Part shown: positions 63,003-64,000 of the stretch, piece by piece | How the letters are laid out: every line of letters starts with the position of its first letter | Numbering within the stretch: position 1 is the stretch's first letter | DNA from: Moniliella sp. 'wahieum' | Taxonomy: Eukaryota | Assembly (NCBI GenBank): GCA_003971905.1 | Contig: RSEE01000007.1 | Coordinates: forward strand, 186,001 to 250,000 | Length of the DNA stretch: 64,000 nt | Direction of reading: 5' to 3' | The notes under the pieces: model-generated | Seen by the model: the letters and a program-made list of their open reading frames with translations, nothing else | The model's database searches: none | Told to the model about the DNA's origin: nothing | Program-made: the position numbers and the translations under genes

Positions 63003-63753
63003 CACCGCCAGCGCAACGGAGAGCAGGGGCGGTGGTGGCACTGCCGGCAACGAGTGACGATGATACCGAGGAGGATACGAAATCCAAGCAGCAGCGGACG
63101 GGGGGCCTTACATATACTCTCATCCGCTGGTCGGATTGGCCAATGGATACAATGCTTGCTCTCGGCATAACCCTGGGGGCGTTCTGATCTAGGAAAGGGC
63201 CCCAAGTCAACAAAGCCACCCTTTTGCCCCCGCCTCAGGTCTTGCGCCCTCGGCCTTCAGATCCTCAGACCCCCAGGTGCCTCTAGCTGCCTCAGTTGTG
63301 TCTCTACATTGCATCAAGAGACTAGAAAAATGAAATGGTGAATGGGGGGCTCTACTCGTTGGTGAGGTGCGGCCTGGTCGTCCTGCAGTTGACGTTGACA
63401 ATCAGCACTGCCGTGTCAGACTACAGTTTGCCTCTGGCGCTCCGTCCTTCCTTGCCCTCATTCCGCTGCTCAAGTTGATGACGATGGCGGCTCTATTTCC
63501 CGAGCCTGGAGCGTCTGACCTGCGACATGGTGGAAACTATTAAAGCCTATAACCGACCTTGATCCCGCAGCTGGCACAGGAATGGCCAAGGCCAGAACAG
63601 CCGCTCTGGGCAGCAAAGCCAACAAAGGACAGGGAAGGTAGGTGCGAAGAAAAGTACGTTGAACTTAGGAGACCCATTCTAGATTGTTGCAAACATGCGA
63701 CACCTGGGCAGCCATCCAACGATAAACCGATTCCGGAGTAGGGAGCGCATACC

Positions 63754-64000
63754 CTAGAGGATGAAGGTAAGCGAAAGATCAATCGGGTGGCTCGAGGACA
63801 GCTGACATTGTTCACACACACCCATGTCAGTAGCAGCACCAAAGAGTAGCAAGGAAAGCCACGTACCTGGGGCTTTTGCGAGTACTTGTTGACCAACTCG
63901 TCACGCACTGCATTGAGTAGTTGCGAGTAGGTCAGGCGAGGGTACTTCTTCATCACGGTGATGAAGGCCCAAGAGCATGCACCGGTAGCCTTGTTGGCCT
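63754..64000 (-). CDS. MCA1: Metacaspase, 3' end only (runs off the window)
   Basis: ANKATGACSWAFITVMKKYPRLTYSQLLNAVRDELVNKYSQKPQ|LSSSHPIDLSLTFIL*; intron 63866-63802 (GTACGT..CTGAC..CAG). Confidence 0.93.

Overview
Eukaryotic, GC-rich, intron-poor fungal DNA, most likely a basidiomycete; Ustilaginomycotina-like is my inference from the low intron density and protein sequences. Recognisable genes in order: ferric reductase (FRE family), glutamine synthetase, a bZIP factor, a hypothetical protein, a Ser/Thr-rich single-pass membrane protein, PNO1, VAC8, NOT4, a C2H2 factor, a secreted hypothetical protein, an intron-containing tRNA-Pro(CGG), an F-box-like protein, NOT2, UBC1, a stand-alone YABBY/HMG-like mini-protein, PHO88/SND3, NIF3, SRO7/tomosyn, a formin, RPS7, a Gly/Tyr-rich protein, an orphan retrotransposon Gag-like gene, TFA2 and the 3' end of metacaspase MCA1. 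Most long genes are split by 1-2 nt indels, often in homopolymers, which looks like uncorrected long-read error rather than pseudogenisation; several gene ends are therefore approximate. Two things stand out. (1) Many promoter-side intergenic regions carry short tandem arrays, often of 7-bp period, built on different palindromic cores (AACGTT, ACTAGT, ACATGT, ACGCGT, ATCGAT, CTNAG). (2) A Gag-capsid-like ORF sits among housekeeping genes with no visible LTRs or pol.
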